A DNA stretch of 64,000 bases from Trichoplax adhaerens (lineage: Eukaryota; Animalia; Placozoa), in the NCBI RefSeq assembly GCF_000150275.1, contig NW_002060946.1:7111855-7175854 (forward strand), in the 5' to 3' direction. This document shows positions 24,794-37,849 of this stretch, one piece after another. Position numbers and translations under genes: made by a program. A model generated the notes under the pieces. It searched no databases. It was not told where the DNA came from and saw only the letters and a list, made by a program, of their open reading frames with translations. Within the stretch, counting starts at the first letter, position 1; each line of letters begins with the position of its first letter.

Positions 24794-27700
24794 CTTTAGT
24801 TATAATCTCTATCAATTTTGATGCAATAATAATGTTAATGATTGTACAATTTCGCTAATCAAATTTTTGACGGAATAATATTGGCAATCATTATAGAAAG
24901 GGGTCACAAGTGATAGTAGTCATAATTGTAACAGCAGTAATATTTAAAATTGTATATCATTGCTTATATATCCCTTCACTAGTAATTTTACATATTCTAC
25001 CATTTTATTAGGTTTTTCGGTGGGTCAATTAGCTAGACTGTATCGATGCTTGCTTACGCTATATTGCTGCCAAAGCACTTGACTGTTATATGATACTAAC
25101 AACACTATTTTGAGCCGCCTTGTAGGCTAATATTCTTTGATAAAGTAAATCGCATGAGAAACCTGCAATGAACATCATAGTAGATCATCAATTATTAATT
25201 AAACTTTAGGAAAACTTTGTTATTTTGACCAGCTAAAGCATGCTTTAAATCTACAGCATGTGAAATTTAACTTGCCATTTCTTCGTTCACTATATCTAGT
25301 AGGTTTCTTACTGCAGTTGAATCACAAGAATACCTTTTCAGTGTTTTGTCAATTATTAGTATAGACTGACTAAGCTATCTAATAAACTGATAGAAATACT
25401 ACTGGTGATTAAGAATGGTAAGAGATAGTATATTCGAGTAGGTTAGAAATTTAAATTGGATTCATTTACGTCAAATTTGAAACAGGAAGAGCCACAAACA
25501 TCCATTAGCGATCAATAAGTTAATCATACAGGCAGCTTAAAAATTGATTAAATTAGTTATATGATAGGCTATACGCTTCGTTCATGCAATAATAATATAC
25601 TCCAGAATTAAAAATTTGTATTATTTCGCGTTATTGGTGCCAAAATTTTTGAGCTATGTAAATTCTATGAATGTTACAAAATGAAATTTGTAACGAAGAA
25701 AGTTAGCAACACTAAAAGAAATTATTTCACTACGAACCTACTGCCAACTTTGTTCTTTCCGATATCTACTGACGGTACTACACTATATGCTAACGATCTT
25801 TCCATCTTAGGGTGGTTATAGTAAAACCGTTAGTCTCTCTTAAACTAGAGTAAACTCAAGCTTTATTAAAAGAACATTCAATTTATAGCGAATCTAGATA
25901 AAAATTAATTATCGGCATATAGATAATATTAACTATACACTTATTTATAAAATTATATATAAGGTCATAAATAGCGTCTATCAACAAATATCACTTATAT
26001 AATCTTTTGAAATAAGATTGGTATTTATATATGTACACTAAAATCACTTCGAGACTATGCGTTGTAAAATAGAAATAAAAATATGGAAAGTGATCATTTT
26101 AGCCGATATAGATATTCAATTGAAAACAGAATTAAGGGGTATTATTATTTTACCTGGGATGACTTCAGCATCTGTTGCCGGAAAACATGTACTCAGCTGA
26201 AAGTATAAATCATTAATGTATTGCTTAACGGTGCAAAAATTTAATTATTATGTAACTAAACAGAATTAAATAAGTTAACTATCAACTAACTGAAATACCA
26301 TAAGAAATGGTGATTAACTGCTAATGGAATAGTAGTATGGTGTACAGCAATATAAGTTTCGATTCTATCTAAATTTTAGTCCAAACTATAACGATAAATG
26401 TTACTTTTTCAATGACGACTGATACCATTTTAAGAATGTGAATATGTCCGCAATAACTTATTGCGATTTTCGTACGGCTAAGGTGATCTCTATCATAATC
26501 TCCAATTTGAAAATGTTGTCAGTAAGGGTAATTATGATCATTTTATTACAATAATTAAAAAGGCATCTGTGATATTTCCTCCGAAAGTCTCAACTAACAC
26601 CCTAGAGCTTCATAACGACATTAAAGCCCAAAATTTTAATATCTAAATCAATATGCCATAATTTATACTCGTTATTATGGAATTTAAAACTAAGTTTAGT
26701 AAGCATATTTTATATGCCTAGCACACAACTAAACAAGTCACTACAATATGTAATTATTTCTAAATTATCTTCGATGTTAGCTTCTATATTTACGGAAATT
26801 ACAGTATTACCTTCCAATGTAGTAAATCTTAAATTGTAATTATAAAAATAATTCACAATTCCATCTTATTCTCTTAACGCTAATTATTAAATGTACAATT
26901 ATATCTTGTGATAACAGTCTGTCTACATCTCTGTGCGGACGTCATAATAATTTTAGATGATTTATCTGGAAAAGAAATTTGAGTGTATTAATAACTTCTT
27001 GATCACGCCATATGTTATGAGACACTAATAATCAATTTTGCGATATTCATATATGTGAAACCAGTATTTATCATCAGCAATCTTGAAGTAGGTATAAGAT
27101 TTGTCAAAGTAAAGTTATACTGTTATCAATCCATTGTAAAAATGTAGCAGAATTTACTAGCTATTGCGTTATCGATATCTATGGATAAATTGTTGGGTAA
27201 AATTTATTTAATTATACGAGTACTTTCGCAGGTTTAACTAGATTGCAAATACATTCTTTAAAGGACATGTTCCGATTTGGAAGCCCACGGTTCGATAACT
27301 ATTCAACTGATATTCATAGTCTTGATCTTTAAAGGATTTGACTAGTTCTAATATATTGTGAATGAATGCATTGGGATCATCGCAATATAATGTAATCTTT
27401 TACCTTGCAAGATCTAAATCGCGATAATAGGTTAAGAAATATACAGCATGCCATATGCACAAAAATGAATGTGAAATATCCATGAATTATAAACTGTAGT
27501 ATATCTAATTTACATAGCACAAAACGAATATTATCATGGGAGTGACAATCACTTTATACTTCTTAAAGCTACGGTTGAATTTTATCGTTATGGAAAAGCA
27601 ATTATTTATGAAATGATGAAGGATTTTAATGATTGGCATCAAAGATATTGATGGATTCGTATTAGTTATTATGCAGCTATTTTAAAATTAATGAAATATC

Positions 27701-29849
27701 AGTAAATAACAGTAAGCTACTAAATTACAAGTAGAAACTTTATAGCATAACTATAATTATCTTCTATCTGAAGTATATAACCGCGAAATCAATGCTAATT
27801 TGAGTCTGTGATGGATTTAGAAGTGAGACATGATGACAGAAAAGAAGGACCATTTCAAGTCAAAAAATTACAAGTCGGATAGTAAATGATGTTACAGTCA
27901 GACTATGGTGATTGTGTAAATAAGCATCTACTGCTTAGGAAACTACAGTTCTATTTTGTAAATAAATTTAATACTAGTAAAAATACATCACTTTGATGCC
28001 AGTTAACTTAAGTTATCGGTAGAAAATATATATAAAGTTCAATTATCCGTCAGCGATTTACACTAGTAATATAAATCATAGATTCATCAATATCTAAGGA
28101 ATAGTATCTTTTTTATATTTATTGATTAATTATCGATCAGATATTTAGTGTCGCATAATTGAAGGATTGTTCCTGAAAGTGTCTCTAAATAGACTATTTG
28201 CTTTTAAAGACCTTATGAAATTTTCCATATTACTGTAGTACAACACTCACCAGGTAAATAACTGTCAGAAACGCATATTGAAACTTCTCCATGATAAGTA
28301 AATTTAAAGAGATCAATTGTAGTAATGAAAGGCAGTTTTAATACTACAAAATATTGCTTGAAATTTTAGAACAAATTTTCAGGTCTTTGACCTTTAATCT
28401 TACAGATAATCACTTGGAAACGTTTATAACCACATACTCAATTATTCATAAGGAAGAGGACCTAATTATAGCCGAATTAATTAACTTCAATAAATGCATA
28501 AATATAGTTTATCATTTAAGACTTTGAATGTATCTACAATATACTAAAGTATATCAGATTGTTCCGCCAGTGTGGATATTCTGGACCAATATAGTACATT
28601 ACATTATTAAAGTGGCTTTTTACTTGGTTACTTAAACTGAAATGACGAGATTTATTAGTAAACTTACATTTTTTCTATTTTACTAAGCTATTCTCTCTAA
28701 AATTGCCTAGAATTTGCGTCATTTCCATCATCAGAACGATATTAAAAGCAGTTATAATTACAGAAATAGTTAATTTTTAGACTATTTACTCGTACTAAAA
28801 TAATCTTATCATAACATATTATGCCGTGACCCATAAATTAATTATTTTATTCAACAAGATTTATTGTAGTTATCCATTTATACGAAATAGAACTCGTATC
28901 TTGCAGAATTTGTAACTGAAGTAAACTAATCCGTTCCGATAATTATAATTAAGGTCATGTCCATTGGTCAACAAATCCGAAGCACAAATACCGAGAAAAG
29001 AAAAAGGCCTTTATACCAAATTAAGCTAATTCTCGCATTATTATAAGCCAAATCTAACGAGAAAAGATACAGTTTGTCATAAATAAATCATAACCATATC
29101 AGAATAGAAGAATCTTTAAATAAGCATTGTGTTACCGAATAACGTAAGAATTTTACGCGCAGTAATAGTGTTTTACTTTATTCACTTTTAAATTATATGC
29201 TATTCTTAGAATTTGATGTAACAAAATTGAAGCTAGATCAATATTCTATTCTATTATTTATAGTAATTGATTATTACCACACTTCAGTTAATCCTTTATA
29301 CCCTTTATAAGATTTTAATTCTGCTGCCATGTGTGTTATATAGAGGTCTTCTTTGCTTTTACTCTGAAGCTATCCTGTCTATTAATTTAAAATTTTAATT
29401 TCTACCTAGATTAAACATGGGTTAATGCTAAGTCTTCTTAATCTGGATATCTGAAATAGCGATTGGTCTAGACTATTAATTACGTTATAATCTTCAACAA
29501 TAAAGCCATTTCTTAGCTTATACAGATTCAATCGGTTTACGTATTTTTAAGCGAAAGTCAATCTATTGACGATAATTGGTACAGTTAACTTTGTACATAT
29601 TTTAACTCCATCTACGCTACAGTATTCTTTAAAATTGATAAGCATAAAAAATTGCTTTCAGAAGCGTATTTTTATTAATAATGGTATTGTGTATTTCTTC
29701 TAAACATGCAATAATGTCTCCAGTTGATTAATAATTAAAATATATCGTCAAATACTTGCACACTAGCTAATGCATATAAATGATGAAAATTACTACAGAT
29801 TTAATGAATTGGCAGGATTACTGAATTCAAATTATTTTGAACAAGTTTA

Positions 29850-30948
29850 ATATTTTTGCACTATGGCTTTCAAATAAAGAGTGATTACAATATCCATAGA
29901 TTTAGTAAAGCAGTAATCCAGATTAATAACTCCAATCATTTTGATTGGCTTAAAACGTGTTTACTAGACTACTCATATCGGCAACCTATTTTTCGTGCTC
30001 AATACAGCGGTTCTCCTTTGGATACCTATCGAAATGTAGTAATTCGATTAGCTAGCTAGCCAACTAGCCTGCCTTGCCGACTTGTTTTTAGATTTTGTAG
30101 AACTCGGTACCTGATTATTAATCAATTATAGGCGCCTTAATAATTTAATAGCAATTACACCGTGTTAATTAATTTTTATATCAATTTCCGCCAGCATGCT
30201 GTCTATAGCAATTAATATGGTCATTTCTACAATATCTGTTGAAAAAGCCAAGTAATTTTCTGCAAATAGATTTATTTACAATACTCTGTAGGATATTGTA
30301 TGCTAAAGGCAGCAATTTCGGTGAAGCTAAAATTCTTCGCTTAATGTAGTGCTATGCAGACAAATCCACGTTCGTCTGTAAAACACTTTTTCTAGGACGA
30401 CAATAACTTCTCCGTTTATTACTCAAATGCGGTAAAAAAAATTACGAATAAAACATTGTGTGCTAGGTAATACGCGTATTTTTCTAAATAGGAGAGATTT
30501 TAAGTTGGGAAACAGTCACTTAGATTGCATTTTTTCAGTGCGATGTTTTTGTAGCAATTTTCTGTGGCTTTATATCATACCAGCATCGACGGATATTTCT
30601 GATTACTGTATAGTGGTCACTATTGGTTCGAATATCATTAGGATTTGAAATTGGCATCGCAAGAAAAGCTTGCTGTGTAAAGATTTTATGAATCTCTAAA
30701 TTTCTGATCATTTCTAAACCAGTATCAAGTATTTGTAATCCGATTGATACAATTTTGTAGCAAAGTACAGTAGAAAAGTATTGTCTGAACAAGTATTCTG
30801 AAATAATTGCTGGTAGATGCAATTGCAATTTGTTATTTACTGTATATTTGTTAAACCCCTTTTCTTTTACCTCATACTTTTGAGACAGAAAATTTTTTCC
30901 AAGCAACTCTGTAATTTCATAACATTTGTTTTTAAGCCTGACTTTCAT
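29850..30948 (-). pseudogene. Decayed intronless coding-like region of unknown family, including ORF 30535-30948
   Basis: A 137-aa ATG-initiated ORF is followed by stop-broken protein-like stretches (VINGEVIVVLEKVFYRRTWICLH; NLFAENYLAFSTDIVEMTILIAIDSMLAEIDIKIN). No motif recognised with confidence. Confidence 0.3.
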
Positions 30949-32894
30949 TAAAACTAAAAATAGTACATCGAGTATTGGATAACATTAGGTAGAATACTAA
31001 CTTGCAAATCGGTTTCATATGAGTTTATGATTTCGCATTAGATGCGAAGGAGTTGATATTACAGTAACGTTAATAGATTACATTTTATCGGAATTACAAA
31101 TGCTTTTATTCTCTGATAGTTGTATTTTCTACGGTGGTTATTGAGAATGCTTCTATATTGCTAGGGGTAAATGTATACTAAACATAAGTTCAAGTTCCTA
31201 TTTAAAGATATTCATAGCGACAGCATATGGGTTTACCTCTTTCTGAAACAAAATTCAGTTAGTAAGAGATTCTATTAGTATTTGTTACAATCCTTTCTAT
31301 GACAAAAATTTTTATTTGCTTTCAAGATGTCTAGCTCTAACCATAAGATTTTCGATTACTCTAGTAGCGATTCTATAAGTACAATAGTCTTACTAGAACT
31401 TCCTACCACTTTTAGGGTATACAAGTTAGAGCCTTATCACTGAAACAACGGCATAAAATCATATACCACATCGTTTTATATTCATTTAATAGTTACTCAA
31501 GAATGAAACAGGTTAAGATTATTTATCCAATCAAAAAGTGATAACTCTAGCAAATGTTACAACAGAACTTTCTTAACTCTAGCCTATTTCTCTAAATTAC
31601 TTAATGTGTAAGTGTTTAGATCATCTAACAATAAAATATTAAGAAGTACTACAAATTCATAAATCACACAGTATAACCGGTGCTTTATTGATGGCACATG
31701 ATTGGAAATGCTCCCATAGTTAAAATACAGGATCATAACAGTAGCCTATGATATACATTCAAGGATCAAGATAATACGATAGTATAGGATTAACTTAACG
31801 AGCGCTGACCTTACCTCCAGAGAATGGTTCCATTTAATTTCTTCATTTTCGCATATAATACAGCAAAGAAGTGCAATTAATATCATTAAATCACAACTTG
31901 TATACGTTCAAAGATTGATTTACGAACGAATAAGAAATAATATACTTTAGTCGCGTAGTAGAGCAATGAAATCCATTGATATTGATGTCTGATGGATAAA
32001 AACTATAACAGGCTAACAAAATTTGAGACGTGGTAATTCACTAGCGTCCTAGGATGTAGTTAATGTTATTTTTTCTACTCTATAGTTAATTTACTTTGTT
32101 GCTACCGGTACTAGATTGCAAGAAGATAAAAAAATTCCTACTAAAACTTGTAACAGCTTGCCTATGGATCAATAGTTTATTGATCATAGTTAATGTTTTT
32201 CTTCGTCAACAATGATCCATTTTATAGTTCGCTACCTAACCGTCTAAGTCTTTAGAGTTAGCTCATAGGTAGACGATTAAAAAATTTTCGCACTGTATCA
32301 CACCAGCAAATTGATGAATTCTGCCCTCAATTGATAATTTTACTTAGCTGCTATGTGTATATTGGACATGTACCAACCATACCTACTCTTATCGCATCTG
32401 AATAATAATGTTTTGATTGAATTTAGCTGCAGTAAAAGATCGATTAAAACAATAATAATAACAATTTATTCTCTGCATGAAGGTTACAATGCAATAGAGT
32501 ATACTAATAGCGCCTGATTTCAGTCTATACGAGCTGTACAGTACATAGACAGGCGATTTTATGATATCCATTTTCCAGCATGTTGTTGTTTTCTATGCTG
32601 TGTGTGGCTTTAAGCTAATAGTAATAATACTCGTATGAATATCAAATATTTCGACGTAAGAGTTGTGATATATTCATTTATTTTCTAGTCTACAGTATTA
32701 TTGTTATACGACAACCACGATAAACTTATTGACTATAGCATAAAAAGTTCAAAAGGTACCGTACTAGGATATTGTGTGAGAAATCGAGTGAATCATGTTC
32801 TTAGCTTGTCTAATCTATTTTTGAAGATGCTACCGTTTAAATCATGTACAAGTTGGAACTTCTGATATATCTGACAATGGACTAGTGTGATAGT

Positions 32895-33120
32895 ATGGGT
32901 CAATGTTTTCCAACAAAGTTGCAGAAAGCTCTAATCGAGTTGAATACAACTATTATTAGAAAGATCTTAGAACGATCCCAGAAAGAACTAGCAACTTATC
33001 TGAAATTACTTACTGAAATCCTGATTCTAGCCTTTGCAGCTACAATCAGTATAACAACATTATACCAGTATTTTACATATCGACGGATTGGGAATCCTTA
33101 GGGGTGCTATTCCAATTCAT
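32895..33120 (+). pseudogene. Decayed coding-like segment homologous to 9230-9400 (-); possible class A GPCR TM6 remnant
   Basis: ORF IIRKILERSQKELATYLKLLTEILILAFAATISITTLYQY: a basic stretch followed by a hydrophobic helix. Visible nucleotide similarity to the inverted copy at ~9.3 kb. Confidence 0.35.
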
Positions 33121-33575
33121 TAAGCAACATGGTCAAGTCTGATTTTTGACCCCGAATCAATGAATTCATTAATACAATTAATTATCATTACAATATATTG
33201 CATCCTTTGCTCGCTACGTCATGAGTCTAATTCATATTGTTCCTGTATAAATTAAAATGATATTTATTATGCAAAGTCATTCTGATATTTAGTTACTTTT
33301 TTCGTCAGTATAACAATCGTTTTACTCTATAGTTACGATTTATCGTTTTCATCTATGATTCAAACGATTTATTCCACAGTCATGGTATAGCAGTCAAGTT
33401 AAGCTGAACGGTTAACGCTGTACTAAATAACGATTTAATTATAGGGACTTTGAATGTTGAAAGACTTTCCCTGGTCACATAGATCACGTAAGTACAGAAT
33501 TTTTGATTTTAAATCATCTAATTCAACGCTACTTGGCCAAAAAAAACATCATAGACAACATAGATAGTAACAACA

Positions 33576-33943
33576 TTACAATTAAAATAGTCTACGAATT
33601 CAAATTTTATTCCTATCGACTGTCATAGAGACTCAAGAACTTGATTGCCATTCTATTTTTGTACGAGATAAATGTAAGGCGTATTAATATTAGTTCAAGT
33701 TATACAGCTCTTATAATCACGATATGAATGATTGAGTGTTATTTCTACTTTCTTGTTCATTACTGTTATCCTGCCAGTGTTGACAGATAAACGATCAGAC
33801 TGTAATTGAACAGTCTACGAACCTAAATTTTATTTGCGTTGGCTACGATAGAGAAGAAAGAGTTTGATTTTTTATTATTTTACTCTTACATTAGGTAAAT
33901 TTAAGGCATGCAAGTTATGCAGCTGTCGCATGACGATATTCAT
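33576..33943. repeat. Degenerate tandem duplication, ~220 bp period
   Basis: aatt.aa.agtctacgaa...aaattttatt...atagaga...taaat.taaggc...caagttat.cagct...acgatat occurs twice. Confidence 0.6.
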
Positions 33944-34776
33944 CATACTGTTCTACGGTCTATATCTCGTACATTACTTTTACCCTTACTGATGTTAAAA
34001 GATCATCCTAAAATTGAATCATAGAACTGTCTTATGATGTAAGATTAGTTTAGGCGATAGCTTTTAATTGTAATAAAGCTGTAGAATTACCAACGGTCTA
34101 GATGTAATAGCTAATTTTAATAGCACTCGATGGGATTGGCTTTTATTCACTAATGATTCATTTCTTGTAATCTATTTGCTATTTAGTAAGCATGATTTAG
34201 CCATCTTTATTAAGTTAATCTTTCTGTAGCTCAGTACCTAGCGTTCATAAATGATAATAATAATTATCACTTCTATTTTAGCTAAATAACTTACATTAAA
34301 TAGTGCTAACTTAAGTTCTAAACGAGTCATGTCGTACTGAATCAAAAAGGCTTGATGTATTTTAACACCTATAAATACTTGTAACTGTTTTCAGCGTATA
34401 AAATAATATAGACTGCCATACTTTTGGCCACTTTTAGATGTCAAATTCACTACTGATATTAGAAAGTCAATTAATCTCGATCTTTTTACCTGTTATTAGT
34501 ACATCTTTGCCACAAGGAAAGGGTATCCCATCTGTAAATATGCACCGCTACACACCGCGAGCGAAACAGCAAAATAATCAAGGTAAGATTATCGAACGAG
34601 TAAGACTACAAAATAATTTTGCATTAGCCATCCGTTTACATTTTAAAAGATTACAAGACCAATTTTAAAACTACATATAAGCTATAATTAATAACTTCTC
34701 CTATCTCTGAGTTTCTAATTGGCTTAATTTGTTTTACTACTGATACAATTTTTTTCTTTCATTCATGTATCTGAAG

Positions 34777-35030
34777 ATAAAGCAATCGAATCTACTAACT
34801 TCACGGCAATTTCTAAAAATGGTTATCAAACAGATGAGTCAATGACTAATTTTTCCCACAAATTGAATCGGATTCAAGCAGTCATTGACCGTTGTTGCTT
34901 TACCATCACTGTCCCTATTTTCATAGCCTTTTCATCGCTATTAGCTATTGTTGGTGCGTTTTTGACAGAAATAGCATTTCTAATTATAATGCAAATCCTT
35001 GCTCTGGCATATAGCTTAATTGAACTGGTG
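34777..35030 (+). CDS. Putative exon encoding two hydrophobic helices of an unidentified membrane protein
   Basis: Open from ctgaAG|AT through CTGGTG|GTAATG: DKAIESTNF...HKLNRIQAVIDRCCFTITVPIFIAFSSLLAIVGAFLTEIAFLIIMQILALAYSLIELV. Flanking exons not established. Confidence 0.35.
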
Positions 35031-36317
35031 GTAATGCTTCATTTTAAAATTTTATTCTGTAAGTATGTTAGAGGTGTTGATCGCTGTTATGTTAGTTGTA
35101 ATCAACTGCTATCGTTTGTGAGTTATTACTATGTGCTATGAATTATCTCTTACCTGCTGACTTTAATGATACATAATTTCGGACACCTTAGGATAAAGCT
35201 TATCTTAGCCAAGCACTATCCTAGTATCATTTACGAATCTGTAAATATTTAGTTGAATCTATGATAATTATACAATTATGACTGTCATCATGGCAGTAAC
35301 TTTTGAATTTTATACCATGTCATTTCAATTGATATTTTTGTATCTAGTACTTCTTGAACTTGGTGAAAATAATTCTTTTTAGTTATGACAGGACAGTAAC
35401 TCTTGACACCTTATAGCATGTCCTTTGAGGAGTTAATCTAGTACTTACTCCGCTAGTATGATTAGCTTATCATGGCAGAGACGTTAGTTTAAAGCATATG
35501 AAGTCCATCTGCCTTTGATTAACTTACTTTCTTTTCACCATTTCAAATGATAGCGTTACGATCGACATTCTCATACTCGCTTACTTTAATCTAGATATCG
35601 CTGTATCCGTGTGGATGCTAGAAAGCTTCTTTGATTAGCTATAATAGTATCATCTATTTTCATTTGAAGCACTTTAAAATCATGTTATGACTTGTATTTC
35701 TAGGTTGGCAGTGGCGAAAAAGACTCTCTCGTCAGTCACTTGGGTATAAACAAAATACACAAGACAGCTGATCATTTTTTTTCTTCATGATCAATGTTAT
35801 TAATCGTCACATATATTAATATATTGAAATTACGAAATCTGCTATATACCTCTATAACACCTAGCATACCTTAATACCGAATTAGTAAAGTTGTCATTTT
35901 TATCTAGAATAGATCATTTGGTCTCGGCATTTCGCTGTAAGGGCCATATAAGAAAGTTTGCTAAATTACATGAAATGATTTCGCAAAGACCTCAATCATT
36001 ATTTAACTTTTATGAGTAATTACTGTACTGAACGACACGTTTAATTTCATCTTGACTTTTTACAGTCAGGGTAACTAGCGGGCTTACTGAAAGTGAGTTA
36101 TTTATCCATAAGTTGGCTTTTCAATGTTTCTTGGACTGTACTGTACTGTATTTCTGTCATAGCTTTGCTACAATTTCACACTCGATCATTTCCCTAGGAC
36201 CGTATATGATGTTGGTCACTGTACTCTGCCATAACGACGAGAAAAGATGATATAAATTTTGCACGACACGATTAAACATTGATTATGTTACCAAAACAGA
36301 GTTTCAATCTTACAATA

Positions 36318-36579
36318 AGTGTTGATTTATATTACTATCCGATTTGGTAGCAGACTGAATTCAGTAATTAAGAGTTGGGTTATTTCTAGAGACTGGTATC
36401 CATCTCTCGAACTCTTTCAATAAATTATAGTAAAAACCAATAACCAATAATGTAACATAACCAGTGTTGATTTATATTACTAGGTGATATGGTAGCAGAT
36501 TGAATTCAATGATTAAGATTTGGGATCATTTCCAGATACAGGTATCCATCTCTCGAATTCATGCAACAAATTGTAGTAA
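36318..36579. repeat. Tandem duplication of ~117 bp at ~145 bp period
   Basis: agtgttgatttatattacta...gat.tggtagcaga.tgaattca...attaaga.ttggg...ggtatccatctctcgaa...aaatt.tagtaa at about 36318 and 36463. Confidence 0.85.
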
Positions 36580-37849
36580 TGCGAGTAACCCATTGAGTGA
36601 TAACCACGAGCAAAAGTTGACAGAAAGTAGTGATTGCGTATATAGATTCGATGGGATGATGGAAAATTGCATCTTTTAAAATCGTTTAATAGAGTAAATA
36701 CGTATGTCAAAGTAATTACTAGGAATAATTGCACGGACATGCAGTCATGTAATTTCATAACGTAATTCTAAGGTATGCAGAAAAAGATTGAAAAGTAAAT
36801 GTAAATCGAGAGCAGCTATCTGATGCATTAATGCCTACAGTATCTATAGTTGATACATTAAGGATTGAATAAAGTTTTACTTTCTGAATATGTGTACACT
36901 GTACAGCACTGTATGCATACGTCGCTGACGTTTGACAACAGTCTTAAAAAGAGAGAATACCTTCGTAGGCAAATATTTATACAAGACTGAATAGTAGTTA
37001 GGCAAGTAAACTCTTTTGTTATCATTAGATCATTACATCGGTAGGTTACGACTATTCCTGTCGATGTTTCAAAGATTGTTCCACTACTTACCAGCTTTCT
37101 GAAGGGCATACTATTAGTAGCATTTCAGCAAGTGTAAGAGAGATTGACGAGTCGATCCTGCAATCTGTGTACTGCATTAGTGCCAAATTATCAATAATGC
37201 AATATACACTTGTACAGTCAGTATATGTCGGTTACTGTTCTTGAAAGTTGGAAATTACTAAGGTAGGCTATAATGTGTATGATAGTACTAGAGTATGAAA
37301 ACTTTTGAACCATAGCTAAAGTAGTCCATGGAGGTCAATTGAGTATCGACAGACGCTCTAATTGACGAGATTAATGTTCAATTGCATGAAATTCTATAGT
37401 TATAATGCATCAATTCAAGTGGCAATGGACAGTCCATCTCATGATAATAACGACACCCTCTGTCCATCGTCGATTTCCATCTGATGTGGGATTCAACACT
37501 ATAGCACTAAGCAGTGGCATGCTCTCTTAAGAAAAAAGGAGTAGAAGATCGGCTCTCGAGTCTACTTTGCGACGAGGATCATCCATACTTGATGGATGAT
37601 CAACTCCTTGAAGTTGCAGTATATATTGTTTGGTTTTCTACACATCCTCCTACAGCATTGCCATAATATCATTTCGTCCATTCTAGTAGTACTATGTATT
37701 GAAAGTGTGCTAATACTATGAAATAAAGCACTAAACGCTGTAGCATCATTGCGACCTAATCAAGGTTTACTTCTATCGTCTACCGACATCGTTTTGACTT
37801 TAGAGTGAGGCCGCCGCGAAGCAGAAATAGGAATGTCTATTTCTGCTTA

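Noticed and set aside
25058-25162. AG/GT-bounded block with an ATG as candidate first coding exon of the receptor
   Set aside because: Stops in all three frames; at most a UTR exon or a decayed leader.
36858-37800. Possible gene divergent from the PI4KA promoter
   Set aside because: Could not assemble phase-consistent open exons or recognise any domain.
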